From NCBI GenBank assembly GCA_951406725.2, contig OX597825.1, positions 57,846,001 through 57,910,000 on the forward strand: a DNA stretch of 64,000 nt, written 5' to 3'. Source of the DNA: Octopus vulgaris. Its lineage: Eukaryota. The notes beneath the pieces are model-generated. The model had not been told where the DNA came from. It was given only the letters and a program-made list of their open reading frames with translations, and did no database searches. Below, piece by piece: positions 53,266 to 64,000 of the stretch; positions within the stretch are counted from its first letter, which is position 1; each line of letters opens with the position of its first letter. Made by a program: the position numbers and the translations under genes.

Positions 53266-54165
53266 TTGTTTCATTTCTGCTAATTAATTGCACTTTTATG
53301 AATGGGTTCTAATTTAAGCCAAGGCCTGCAATTTTGTGAGAAAAAGCTGCATTGTAGGATGTTCTCATTACAACCATTTATAAAAGTAATACAGGTTTGA
53401 CATGCGGTGTCTAGGCTGCCTTGGCTGCATGATATTATTTTTTTTAATCTGTAGGTCAAAAGGTAAAGATCCGGTATTTTAAATTTTTGTTGCATTTCTA
53501 ATCTTTCTGGTGTCTAAGGATGGATATTTATGCGTATGAATCTTTTTATTTTTATTTTGTTTCAAATATAATTCTAGGGAACTGAAAAAGCTGTATACGA
53601 TGCCAAGCGAATTTAGCTGTTTACGATAAGCCGATGTTTACATTTTAGCTATTTGCATGTGTACGTTAACTACGTCACAAAATAGCTGTTTACGTCACAA
53701 TAACACTATTTTGAGAGGCAGTAAATGATATGAAGTTGAAAGAAAGAATACCATTGGTTAAAATTCGAATTATTAAACAACGTTAAACTTAGAAATTACA
53801 ATTCCGTTTTCATTTTGGTTTACAATTATGTTTTCTTTTGACACATTCTACCAGTATACGAAGTTTGAAATTGTTTAGTTAACTAGGAAAATCTGGCCTT
53901 CAAAATGAAAAGATCTGGGATATGAGAGTTCGTGGAGTGTGGGTCGTATTGTAAAAATTTGCGAAATATTTTTTCATAAAAGGATGCCCCAGCTTGTCGG
54001 AGGCTGTGATATAAATTGGGAAAAAAATCCTCGACACCAGTGCGTAATTGGTACTTAATTTATCGACCCCGAAACGATGAAACATTGATTCCCCATTTCT
54101 GGTTTATTTACCTTTTGCGTAAATTTGTTCCGGCAAGGGGCTCTATCGACACCAGTGCGTGCGTG

Positions 54166-54380
54166 CGTAACTGGTACTTAATTTATCCCAAACCCTAACC
54201 CTAAACCTAACCTGAAGGCTAACCCCTAACCCTATCTCGTGACAGCCTTCCGGCATCGGTCGCTAGCTTTGGTTAGGTTTAGGGTTAGGGGTTAGGTTCA
54301 GGGTTAGGGGTTAGGTTTAGGGTTAGGGGTTAGGTTTAGGGTTTGGGTTAGAGTTAGGGATAAATTAAGTACCAGTTACG
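54166..54380. repeat. Inverted interstitial telomere-like cassette (CCCTAA)n-spacer-(TTAGGG)n
   Basis: Degenerate CCCTAA units at 54187-54234 and TTAGGG/TTAGG units at 54271-54359, capped by the inverted CGTAACTGGTACTTAATTTATCCC. Confidence 0.85.
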
Positions 54381-55439
54381 TACTGGAGCCGGTCTAAACA
54401 ACGGCAGTAATTCGTTGTCGATATTGATAAATAAACGTGAATTTACTAATAATCGTAAAGAAAGAAATCCCACCGTGGGGCCGGTAGTTTAGCCTGATAT
54501 CGAACTCACGAACAAAACGGTTAACTAGAAATGGTGTTGAAATCTGGCAATCAAAAGGAAAAGATCCGAACGTAATCGAAAACTGAATTTTTGAATTGCA
54601 AGCAATGTGTAATAGATTTCAAAAAAAAAAAAAAATCGTATTAGTATGTTATTTTGATGATTACTGATTCAGCTTGGCGTGACATTTCTGTTTTTTAACT
54701 CTCCTTCAATTTTTTCTATCATTGGAATCAAAAGTACTGAATACTGTGGCAGTTGCTGGGTAGACACACCAACAATACGCACACTTTATATTTTATCGCG
54801 TCATCTCCCTGGCGATTATTACCAAATTGCTTCGCCCCTCATGCGAAAGATAGCCCAATACTTGAATACAAAAAAAAATAAAAGAAACCCAGCGAATATC
54901 AATTTAATATTAGTAGTCGCTTTGAGCTAAGGCGTGAGCCTCTATTTGTCGATCAACTAGTTAGAAATCATCCTTGAACTACTACACTATGGTTATTAGA
55001 TACTTTCTGAGATACACTTTCTAACAAAAAAAGATGCACTTTCTAACAAAAAAGAAAGAAAGAATTATTGTAGAAAAGGCAGGATGTTTTAATTGCTTAT
55101 AATAATAGGACAGTTCGATCGGGGTGGAGTTAGGACTAAATAACTACAGATTGTTAGGATAATGCCGTGTCTGTTACATACAACTACTAAAGACAAAAAA
55201 AAAGTTACCGATCATTCGAATTAATGATTATCGAATTTAACAAGAAGGTATTTTAAGGATTTACTGTAATTTATATTTTAATTACTCTACACTGAAAAAA
55301 TATTAATACGAAATTCCTTTGGTCGGTATGCATTGGCCAATAATTAAGAGACCGATGCTAAACAGGAATCAGAAAACAACGTAAGCGATGCATTAAAGTA
55401 CAATTCTTAGATAGATTCCACACTGAAGACTTTGCTTTC

Positions 55440-56150
55440 TCCTTTTTTACATTCTCGATTAAACAGGTTCTTTCACTCGCAACATATTTGCTATAGACTT
55501 CCATCTTTTACGAAACACACTTTGCGACAGGCGTTTTTTCTCCAGCCTTATTTTCCGTTTCATGTGGAAAGCGAAAAAGTCGATTAGCTCGAGACTGGAG
55601 ATAAACATGCCTGTTGCAATTCTTTTTACTCTCGTCTTCCATACTACTTCTTTTGCCATAGCAACTACCGAGAGAAAACACGCTCGCTCCTCCCTATTCA
55701 GGGAGGTCGGCGGAACTATCTTAATTACAGATTCACTCGACAGTTGTACTCTTCTCGAATGCGACAGCAGGTGTTCGACATAAGCCCAGAGTTCAGTCAC
55801 CTTGGGGCATTGCACAATCGCGTGCAGGACAGTTTCACTGTCCCTCTCACATCTTTTCCACAGTTCACATCGTTTAGCAAACTGAACCCATGGATCAAGT
55901 GTAGACCGAGGTTGGGCGTGTGGCATGTCGAGTGCCATCAGGCACTCGTGCTTCTCTCCCAGTTGGGCCACGCCGGTGGCGGGGGTACTACCTCGTTCTT
56001 CTATAGAGGGTTAGTAGAGTTTAAGTGTGACGACATCCTGGGAGAAACCCTGGGCTTCGACGAAAATCAACTGGCCAGCCTGTTCCAAAGAACATTCGGT
56101 CCGGGACCTATGGATAATTACCAAAAGTCCCTGGCCTGGCAATGTTACAG
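55440..56150 (-). mobile_element. L1/Tx1-clade LINE 3' end with inverted upstream segment
   Basis: The minus strand has the RCERDSETVLHAIVQCP zinc-knuckle remnant through to the stop at 55459. Plus strand 55856-56150 encodes an apparently upstream part ending SLAWQCYR. Confidence 0.7.
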
Positions 56151-56668
56151 AGAAAGAGAGAGAGAGAAAGAAAATGGTTTGACAGAAAAAAAATTGTACT
56201 GACCCCACGAATGGGAAGACAAAAGATGTTTATCATGAAGCTTTTCAGTAAGTTCTAATTCGACATATTATATCATTGTTTTGACCGAAATTGTTCATTG
56301 CTTGGAAAATATAGGTCAAGTTTTATGAAATTTAATATGTACTCAATGCATGAAGTGTCATTATTGGACTCAGGCCTAATGAAGAGCCCTCCATAGCAGC
56401 TAGCTTAAAAGCCGCCCTATATATATATGAGTGTGTGTGTGTGTGTGTGTGTATGTGTGTGTGTGTGTGTAAAAATAATGGTTGAACAACCTATTATGCG
56501 ATGGGGTGTTGAAAAGTTCCTGGCTTTGGGTAAAAGAAAATACAACAGGATCAGTTATTTATGGATTTATTCAACATTTTCCCCTCTCAGATTCACACAA
56601 GCCCTGTAAAGAACTCGGTAGGTTAGACTTCCAACCAAGCCTTCTTCAACACCTTTAAAGCTAAGAAC

Positions 56669-56759
<91 letters not shown>

Positions 56760-56763
<4 letters not shown>

Positions 56764-56950
56764 GCTAGTCACTACACATTCTTTATTTTCTCCTTGTTTC
56801 TTTCTGTATTCTTTTCTGCGGAAGAGTGTAGGCTCGAAGCGTTAAAGACATTTTCACTTCCCGAGCGTTATACTAATACATCTGTTTGTTATCTACATCA
56901 CCTGTCTTCGTCTTTTGTTTTTTTTTCTGTGTTTTTTGTGAATTCTCCCC
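56760..56950 (+). mobile_element. Penelope-like terminal module, family P1
   Basis: Matches 26639-26833 and lies between (TA)n(GA)n and (TA)n. Confidence 0.7.
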
Positions 56951-57066
56951 TATATATATCACCAGTGGATCATATATCTAAAAAAGAAACACTCTAAACA
57001 GAGCAGTAATGTATTTATTGGGTCATCCCATAAATAATGCGTTTTTTTTCTTCAATTGCATGACCT

Positions 57067-57534
57067 TTTAGTGAAGCGTAAACATGAACCCTGTGTTCTT
57101 GTTTGTGTTAAGGTGCGTGTACTGGTGTGACAAACAATATCGAGTCAAAGCTCAACAAGTTTTTATAACAGGTCTCATACAAAAAGTGAATGTGAATTAA
57201 TAAAAGTTGTACAAACTTGCCTACATCTTATGTGATTGACGCTGAAACAGAAGAGAGTAAGAAATGGGCCAGCTACATAATGCGGTAGCAGTAATAGCCA
57301 AAGGCAAAGCAAGCTGGCAGTCCTCGTGATTGTGTCAGTTGACAAGTCAAATTGCTAGGCTGTGTCAGTTGACAAGTCAAACTGTTCACGAGTGAGCATA
57401 GCGGAAAAAGAGAAAGATTTGTTGTCCCTCTAGGAATTTTTATACCCCACTAGCGGAAGTGACATCGCAGCGCCACTTACCGATGACAAAATGAAAGAGC
57501 ATAACTCTACCATGTTCCTTATAGCCGTGCTATA
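57067..57534 (-). repeat. 3' LTR
   Basis: Direct repeat of 62150-62599. On the minus strand it is preceded by the PPT GGCGGGGGAGTAG (about 57535-57547). Confidence 0.9.
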
Positions 57535-59187
57535 CTACTCCCCCGCCACTGCAAGTCAAAAAAGAGGTATGTTGTAACAAAAGGCCAACCTAGAGAACAA
57601 AGTAGAATGAGTGAAAATATCAGAAAAGTCATGCACAAAATGTAAGAAAAAGGAAAAAAAAACTTCCATCGGTGGAAAGAAAAAATAAAACATGCAAAAA
57701 TTCACGCAGTAGTTCCAAAAGTTTGAAGACACGGTATGTGCCACATAAGAAAATGTCAAAAATGTGGTAAAAGCCAAAACGTACTAAAATGTTCAAATAA
57801 AATGAGTGGAAAATGCCAAGAATTGTAAAGGTCAGGGTACACAATTTTTTTGACCAGTGTACACGACACCCAGCCCGGGTAATCGTGACGTGTGGCGGGA
57901 GATGCATGCTTGTGTGATGGTGGTGGTGTTAGCGTGAGTGCGGTGTCTGCGGACTGGAAAGTGGATGGAGACATTTGGTTCTGGAGTGAGAGCTTCAGAA
58001 AAAGTTTGCTTCACCCTATCAATTGAAACAGTCAGTTTAGATCCATTAATGTCTATGGAAAACGTGTTTAATGCTTTCCCAGGACAAGATAAGGCCCCAT
58101 ATAGGGTTGAGTAAGAGGACCTTTCACAAAATCGTACCTGAGAAAAACGTGGGTCCATTTACCAATATTAGCTGGAACAGCAGCAGACACAATCTGATGT
58201 CTAGACGACATTGGTGGAAGGTAAGAAAAATAGGTTGGCAGACGATGAACATAGGTAGCTGGGTCTTGTGCTGAAATATACACAGGGGTTAGCATTTGGC
58301 CGGGGTAAAGACAGTGGTGATTCGTATAATAATTCCGCGGCAGAAAATCCCAAATCCTCTTTCACGGAGGAGCGACAACCTAAAAGAACGAGAGGTAGGT
58401 ATTCGCTTCACCTTTGAGGATCAGGGTATGCGCGGAGAGATGCTTTTAATTGTCTGTGGAAGCGTTCTACCATACCGTTCGAAGCTGGATGGTAACTGGT
58501 CGTACAGATATGGCGAACTCCCAGGATAGCAGAAAGTTGGTTGAATAGCCGTGACGCGAATTGTCTTTCACAATCCGTCGTGACGTGTAAAGGAACTCCA
58601 AAGCGAGGAATCCAACCTGAGATGAGGGCTTGAGCCACGGATTCAGCACTTATGTCGACAAGCGGGATGGCTTCAGGCCACCACGAAAATCGATCAATGC
58701 AGGTAAGAATATATGTGAATCCGCGGTTAGGTGGTCAAGGCCCAACTAGATCAATATGTATATGTTAGAAGCGGGCGTCTGGATGCTGAAATTAGCCAAG
58801 AGGTGAACGAACATGGCGACGAACCTTAGATCGTTGACACTGAAGGCATGCGCGTGCCCATTCAGGGATTTGGCGTCTCAAATGAGCAGAAATGAGCTTC
58901 ACAGAAGCTGTTACACCAGGATATGATAAGGTATGCAGGGCTTTGAAAACAGTGCGACGATGATACTCTGGTACGAGTGGATGGGATGAGCCACTCGAAG
59001 TATCACACAATATCCCTCCGTCTGAAGCTGGTAAAGCTAGTAGCGGCAAATATTTGAATTGGCATGTTGCGAATTCCTCAGATGTAACATCCAAAGACGA
59101 TAGTAATGAATGGTCAGCTGCCAAGGCAATCAAATCTATCGTAGAAGCAGACGACAATGAAGCAAGCGGGATAAGGCATCAACAACA

Positions 59188-59587
59188 GTGGAGGCGCAAT
59201 GGCCCAATGGTTAGGGCAGCGGACTCGCGGTCGGAGGATCGCGGTTTCGATTCCCAGACCGGGCGTTGTATGTGTTTATTGAGCGAAAACACCTAAAGCT
59301 CCACGAGGCTCTGGCATGAGGTGGTGGCGACCCCTGTTGTACTCTTTCGCTCCAATTTTCTCTCACTCTTTCTTCCTGTTTCTTGTCCCCGACTTCCTAC
59401 GCAACCGCTGAGCCTGGATGCGCATTCAGCCATCCGTCGATGCTCCCGGTGTCGGGGGTTGACCTGCTTTCTCTACTGCGGGTCTTACGAATAGCAAAGG
59501 ACCACGTTTCGGACTTCTCCCACTACAGAGGCGCGATCTTGCGAGCTCTGGGACGAAGACCGCTTCGCTCAACAAGCAAACAAACAA
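59188..59587 (+). mobile_element. SINE group C inserted in Gypsy pol
   Basis: Perfect 12-bp TSD GCATCAACAACA (59176-59187, 59588-59599). Removing the SINE restores GSPNIVVDALSRL. Confidence 0.92.
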
Positions 59588-62130
59588 GCATCAACAACAA
59601 TATTAGGAGAACCAAAGATATGCCGAATATCGATAGAAAATTGCGATATATAATCGAGATGTCGGATCTCTCTCGACAAATACTTGTCCGGCTTGGTAAA
59701 CAGAGCAAAGGTAAGGGGTTTGTGGTCTGTGAATATCGTAAACTCCTTTCTTTCCAGGATATAACGAAAATGCTTCCCCGCAAGATAAATAGCGAGTAAT
59801 TCTCTTCCAAACGTGGTATAGCGCGTCTCCGCGGGCTTGAACGAGCGGGAATAAAATGCCAGCGGTTGCAGAACTTTTGGTTAGCTTGCTGTAATACTGC
59901 ATCCACAGCTGCATCTGATTCATCTACCACAAGCAAAAGCTTTGCATCCGATTTGGGATGTCCTAACATTGAAACGTTAGTTAGGGCCTGGTTGACAGTC
60001 TGAAAATCATCAACAAGTGAAAGGGAGATAACTTCGTTTTTCTTCTTACGGTCTTTCAGTAATACTGTAAGTGGACCCAATTTTTCTGAACAATTTGGGA
60101 TGAATCGACGATAAAAAAATTGACCAAACCGAGGAAATGACGAAGCTGCTTAAGAGAAGATGGAGGAGGGAGCTTCTGAATTGCCTGTTCCTTCTCTGGG
60201 AGAGGACGAATTCCATCACGATCGATGATGTGGCCTAAAAATCCCAACGACGTAGAACTAAACATACACTTCATCGGGTTGATTTTAACTCGATGATCGC
60301 GTAGACGCTGAAAAAGGAGCGTTAGGTGGTGAACATGCTCTTCCTTCGTAGAACTGGCGATAAGTAAGTCATCAATGTAGGCATAGACGAGACTGCGAAT
60401 GACCTCGTCTATAAACCTTAGAAAGGTGCTAGCTGTGTTCCGCAACCCAAAATGCATTCAAAAGAATTCAAATGAACCAAAAGTAGTAGTAACGGCAGTC
60501 TTTGGTATATCGTCTGGTTTTAAAGGAATCTGGATACGCCCAGACGAGATCGACCTTAGAAAAAACAGTACTACCGCACAAGGTAGAAGAAAAGTCTTGA
60601 AGGGGTGGTATAGGGTATCTGTCCCTGGTCGTAAGAGCATTTAATCTTCGATAATCACCAACTGGGCGGGCATCAGTGGAGAGAAGAAGACCAGGGGCTA
60701 ATAGAAGGACGAATAAGCCCCAGCTGGAGCATGCGATTGAATTCCGCTTTTGATGCCTTGAATTTATCAGAAGAAAGACGGTGAGGACGAGCAAACACTG
60801 GTGGACCATTGGTGTCGATAAAATGTCTCGTTGAATGTACAAGATCAGTGACGTTCAAGGTTAAATCAGTAAGCTCTGGGAGAGAGTTGAGAAGAGAATG
60901 GTATGTATTACAGGATGCACCACTAAAAAACACCGGGCTTACAACAGGAGCAGACGCTGGGCGACCAGGAACCGATAACTGCGTTGAGCTATCCAACAAA
61001 TGCTATTGGCGAACATCCACCAGCAGCGAGAAGGAGGTGGGGAAATCTGACCCGAGAATAGGATAGGGTAGGTCCGCAATTATGAAAATCCACTTAAAGT
61101 CTCTCCGTAGTGCCAAATCAAAGGAGAGAGATATCTGCTCGAACGTGTCGATAGAATGGCTGACAGCTTGCAGAGAAATCCGAGAGGGAAAAGGCTTACT
61201 CATCAGGAACTTTTCCGGACAGATGCTACATGAAGCGCCGGTGTCGACCATAAAATTCTTGTGCGAGTTGCGGTCCAGTACAAAGAAAATGCACGATTAG
61301 TGGTAGCGGGAGCTGCTGACGTGCTCGGGGTTTCCCTGGTTAGTTTTCCTGGTGCGCATAAGAACATGGGTGAAGGCATTTCCGCGTCTTCGTGCCAAAA
61401 CGGTCATGGTACCAACAACAACCATGTGGTGAGGCGGGCGACGAAGAACGCCGGCCACGACGCTGGAAACTTCAAGACGAACACAACCTCTGCACCTGCT
61501 TGGTCAGGTTTAAAATGGCTTCTAAAGTTGCCGACTGGGTAGAGCTACAATCGGCGGGAGCCGTAGCCGTCGATAAAGAAGTCGCAGCAACGACTCTGTC
61601 TGCTGCGGACAGATTTCTGAAAAATTCCATGATTTTATCGGCCTCGCCTGTGAGGTCGCGAATGCGGTGAAGAAATTCCGTGAGCTTTCTGTTACCCAAA
61701 TGCTCATCGTGTACCAGGGTCTGGGAACGGCGATCGGCCGATAGAAATGTCCTGCGAAGAACTTCGCACTTTATGGATGCATAAGTCGCGTTGTATGGCG
61801 TGTCGGTTATTAAGATCCTTGAATTGAGTGACTAAGGCAACGGGTATGGCACTGAGTAGAATGTTTAGTCGCTGCTGGCTTGACTGAATATTCCTCGCTG
61901 CGAAGTAAGCTTCCACCTGAGCAAACCAGAGACGGACATTACCGCTAAAAACGGGAAAGGAAGAATGCTGCATGTAGCTCCTGAGTACAGAAAATGTTGG
62001 CTGATGGTCAGCGTGAAGAAGAAAAGATGCCGTTTTTAGAGAGCCGCCTTAGAATCCGTGAGGAAGAAGAATCAGACACATGTCGACTCTACACAATTAT
62101 TTCGGTGAGAGAATATACCACGAGAATATT

Positions 62131-62148
62131 CTTACGTTGGGATCACCA
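62131..62148 (-). other. Primer binding site, tRNA-Trp-like
   Basis: TGGTGATCCCAACGTAAG lies next to the 5' LTR and matches the classical tRNA-Trp PBS TGGTGACCCCGACGTGAT at 14 of 18 positions. Confidence 0.75.
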
Positions 62149-62149
62149 T

Positions 62150-62599
62150 TTTAGTGAAGAGTAAACACGAACCCTGTGTTCTTGTTTGCGTTAAGGTGCG
62201 TATACTGGTGTGACAAGCAGCATCGAGTCAAAGTTCAACAACAAGTTTTAGAACAGGGCTCATACAAAAGTGAATGTGAATAAATAAAAGTTGTACAAAC
62301 GTGGTTACACCTTATGGGATTGACGCTGAAACAGAAAAGAGTAAGAAATGGGCCTGCTACATATTGCGGTAGCAGTAATGGTCAAAGGCGAAGCAAGCTA
62401 GCAGTCCTTGCAGGCTGTATCAGTTGACAAGTCAAACTGCTCACGAGCGAGAGAGGCGGAAAAAAGAGAAAGATTCGTTGTCTCTCTAGGGTTTTTTATA
62501 ACTTCCGAGCGGAAGCACCATCGCAGCACCACCTACCGACGACAGAATGAGGGAGTATAACTCTGCTCGGTTCCTTTTGGCCCTTATGACCCTGCTACA
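62150..62599 (-). repeat. 5' LTR
   Basis: Starts TGTAGC on the minus strand and aligns, with many substitutions, to 57067-57534. Confidence 0.9.
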
Positions 62600-62741
62600 A
62601 ACTAAAAGTCGGAGGGGGACGGGATAAACTACCTGCATCAACTTGCTATAAAAGCAGGTAGTAATTTTACCTTGCACTTGTTCTTAGTGCAAGTTTTGAA
62701 GAGTGCAGTTCAATTTTAACATTTATTTTTTCAAAGCTATA

Positions 62742-63390
62742 ATGGAAGTGACAAAAGACCATATTTTGCTTGATGAGTTAAATGGAGGTAACAACGCGAC
62801 AGAAAGTGCGGAGAATATTAATGTAGTATATGGGGATCGGACAATAAGCGTAAGCCAGGGTCAATGGTGGTTCCAGAAATTCAGAGCTGGAAACTACAGC
62901 GTAGAAGACGAGCCTCGGCCTGGAAGATCTGTAGTGTTCAATGAGGACATTCTGTAAACCTTGATGGAACAAAATCCCATCGTAACTGTTGAGGAGCTAG
63001 CAGAGAAGCTTGGATTTGGTCATTCAACCATTCCTCGACACTTGCATGCCATCGGAAAAGTCAGTAAATCGGTTCAATGGGTTCCTCATGTACTTTCCTA
63101 GTCTAATCACGCGCAGAGAGTGAATGTGAGCACTTCTTTGCTGTCGCGTTTCATGAATGGACCTTTTTTGGACCAAATAGTGACTGGTGACGAGAAATGG
63201 GTTCTCTATAAAAATGTGTAGCACCGAAGACAGTAGGTAGGGAAAGGAGAAACACGGGTACCCCAGACTAAAGAAAGTCTTCACCCACTTAAGTTGTTAT
63301 CTGTTTAGTGGAATATGAAAGATTTAGTCCACTTTGAACTCTTAAACCAAAGCCAAACGATAACAAAGAAGATCTACAGCGAGCAGTGAT
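62742..63390 (+). pseudogene. Mariner transposase pseudogene
   Basis: WFQKFRAGNYSVEDEPRPGR, WVPH and IVTGDEKWVLY motifs, with several stops, truncated before the C-terminal catalytic residues. Confidence 0.9.
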
Positions 63391-63579
63391 GAGCTGTAAA
63401 TAAAGTTAAGCGCTTTATGCCTGCGAAACCATTGTTCACTCTATGACCAGACATATATTTACATGCAGTTAAATACATAACTGTTCTATGCTTTAGAAGT
63501 GTGCTTCTTTTTCGGATATATGGTCCACTGATGATCTTGATGATGATGATGATGATGATGACGACGATGATATATAATA

Positions 63580-64000
<421 letters not shown>

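Larger units (their letters stand above)
57067..62599 (-). mobile_element. Ty3/Gypsy LTR retrotransposon (CsRn1-like), two LTRs, decayed ORFs
   Basis: Gag LWFAQVEAYF and a CHCC finger, protease VDTGAS, RT YIDD, RNase H and integrase HHCC/DDE fragments in Gypsy order. PBS and PPT are present, with a 4-bp TSD ACCT/AACT. Confidence 0.93.
57018..63390 (+). mobile_element. Mariner element split by the Gypsy insertion
   Basis: A TA-TTGGGTCATCCCATAAATAA end at 57016-57066. The sequence resumes at 62600 and runs into a mariner transposase. Confidence 0.7.

Noticed and set aside
54187-54359. Possible chromosome fusion scar
   Set aside because: A fusion gives (TTAGGG)n-(CCCTAA)n. The order here is the reverse, and the arrays are short and capped by SINE sequence.
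57550-57830. AT-rich segment between integrase and PPT as a possible env gene or insertion
   Set aside because: Only short low-complexity ORFs and no TSD. It fits a 3' UTR.

Overview
AT-rich, microsatellite-dense animal genomic DNA. The SINE families and repeat content suggest an octopus or other coleoid cephalopod (inference, not checked). Nearly all ORFs in the supplied track are microsatellite artefacts or decayed transposon fragments. One real host gene can be assembled by hand: an 8-exon + strand gene (ATG 29360 to TGA 44604, about 430 aa) for a secreted, very basic protein with two divergent VWA domains and degenerate MIDAS motifs. The rest is transposons: three tRNA-derived SINE groups; DD37D/maT, mariner, hAT, piggyBac-like and Merlin-like elements; R4/Dong, RTE and L1/Tx1 LINE remnants; and a decayed two-LTR CsRn1-type Gypsy element that sits inside a mariner and itself contains a SINE. 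The most striking hidden signal is RNA structure. There is a complete canonical hammerhead ribozyme on the minus strand at 13177-13259, plus about nine variant, half or decayed hammerhead-like cores. Most lie in short non-coding Penelope-like modules that are often palindromic and often inserted in (TA)n tracts. Hammerheads in Penelope-like elements are known in general; these particular variants and their activity are untested. All calls were made by eye and coordinates may be off by a few bases.
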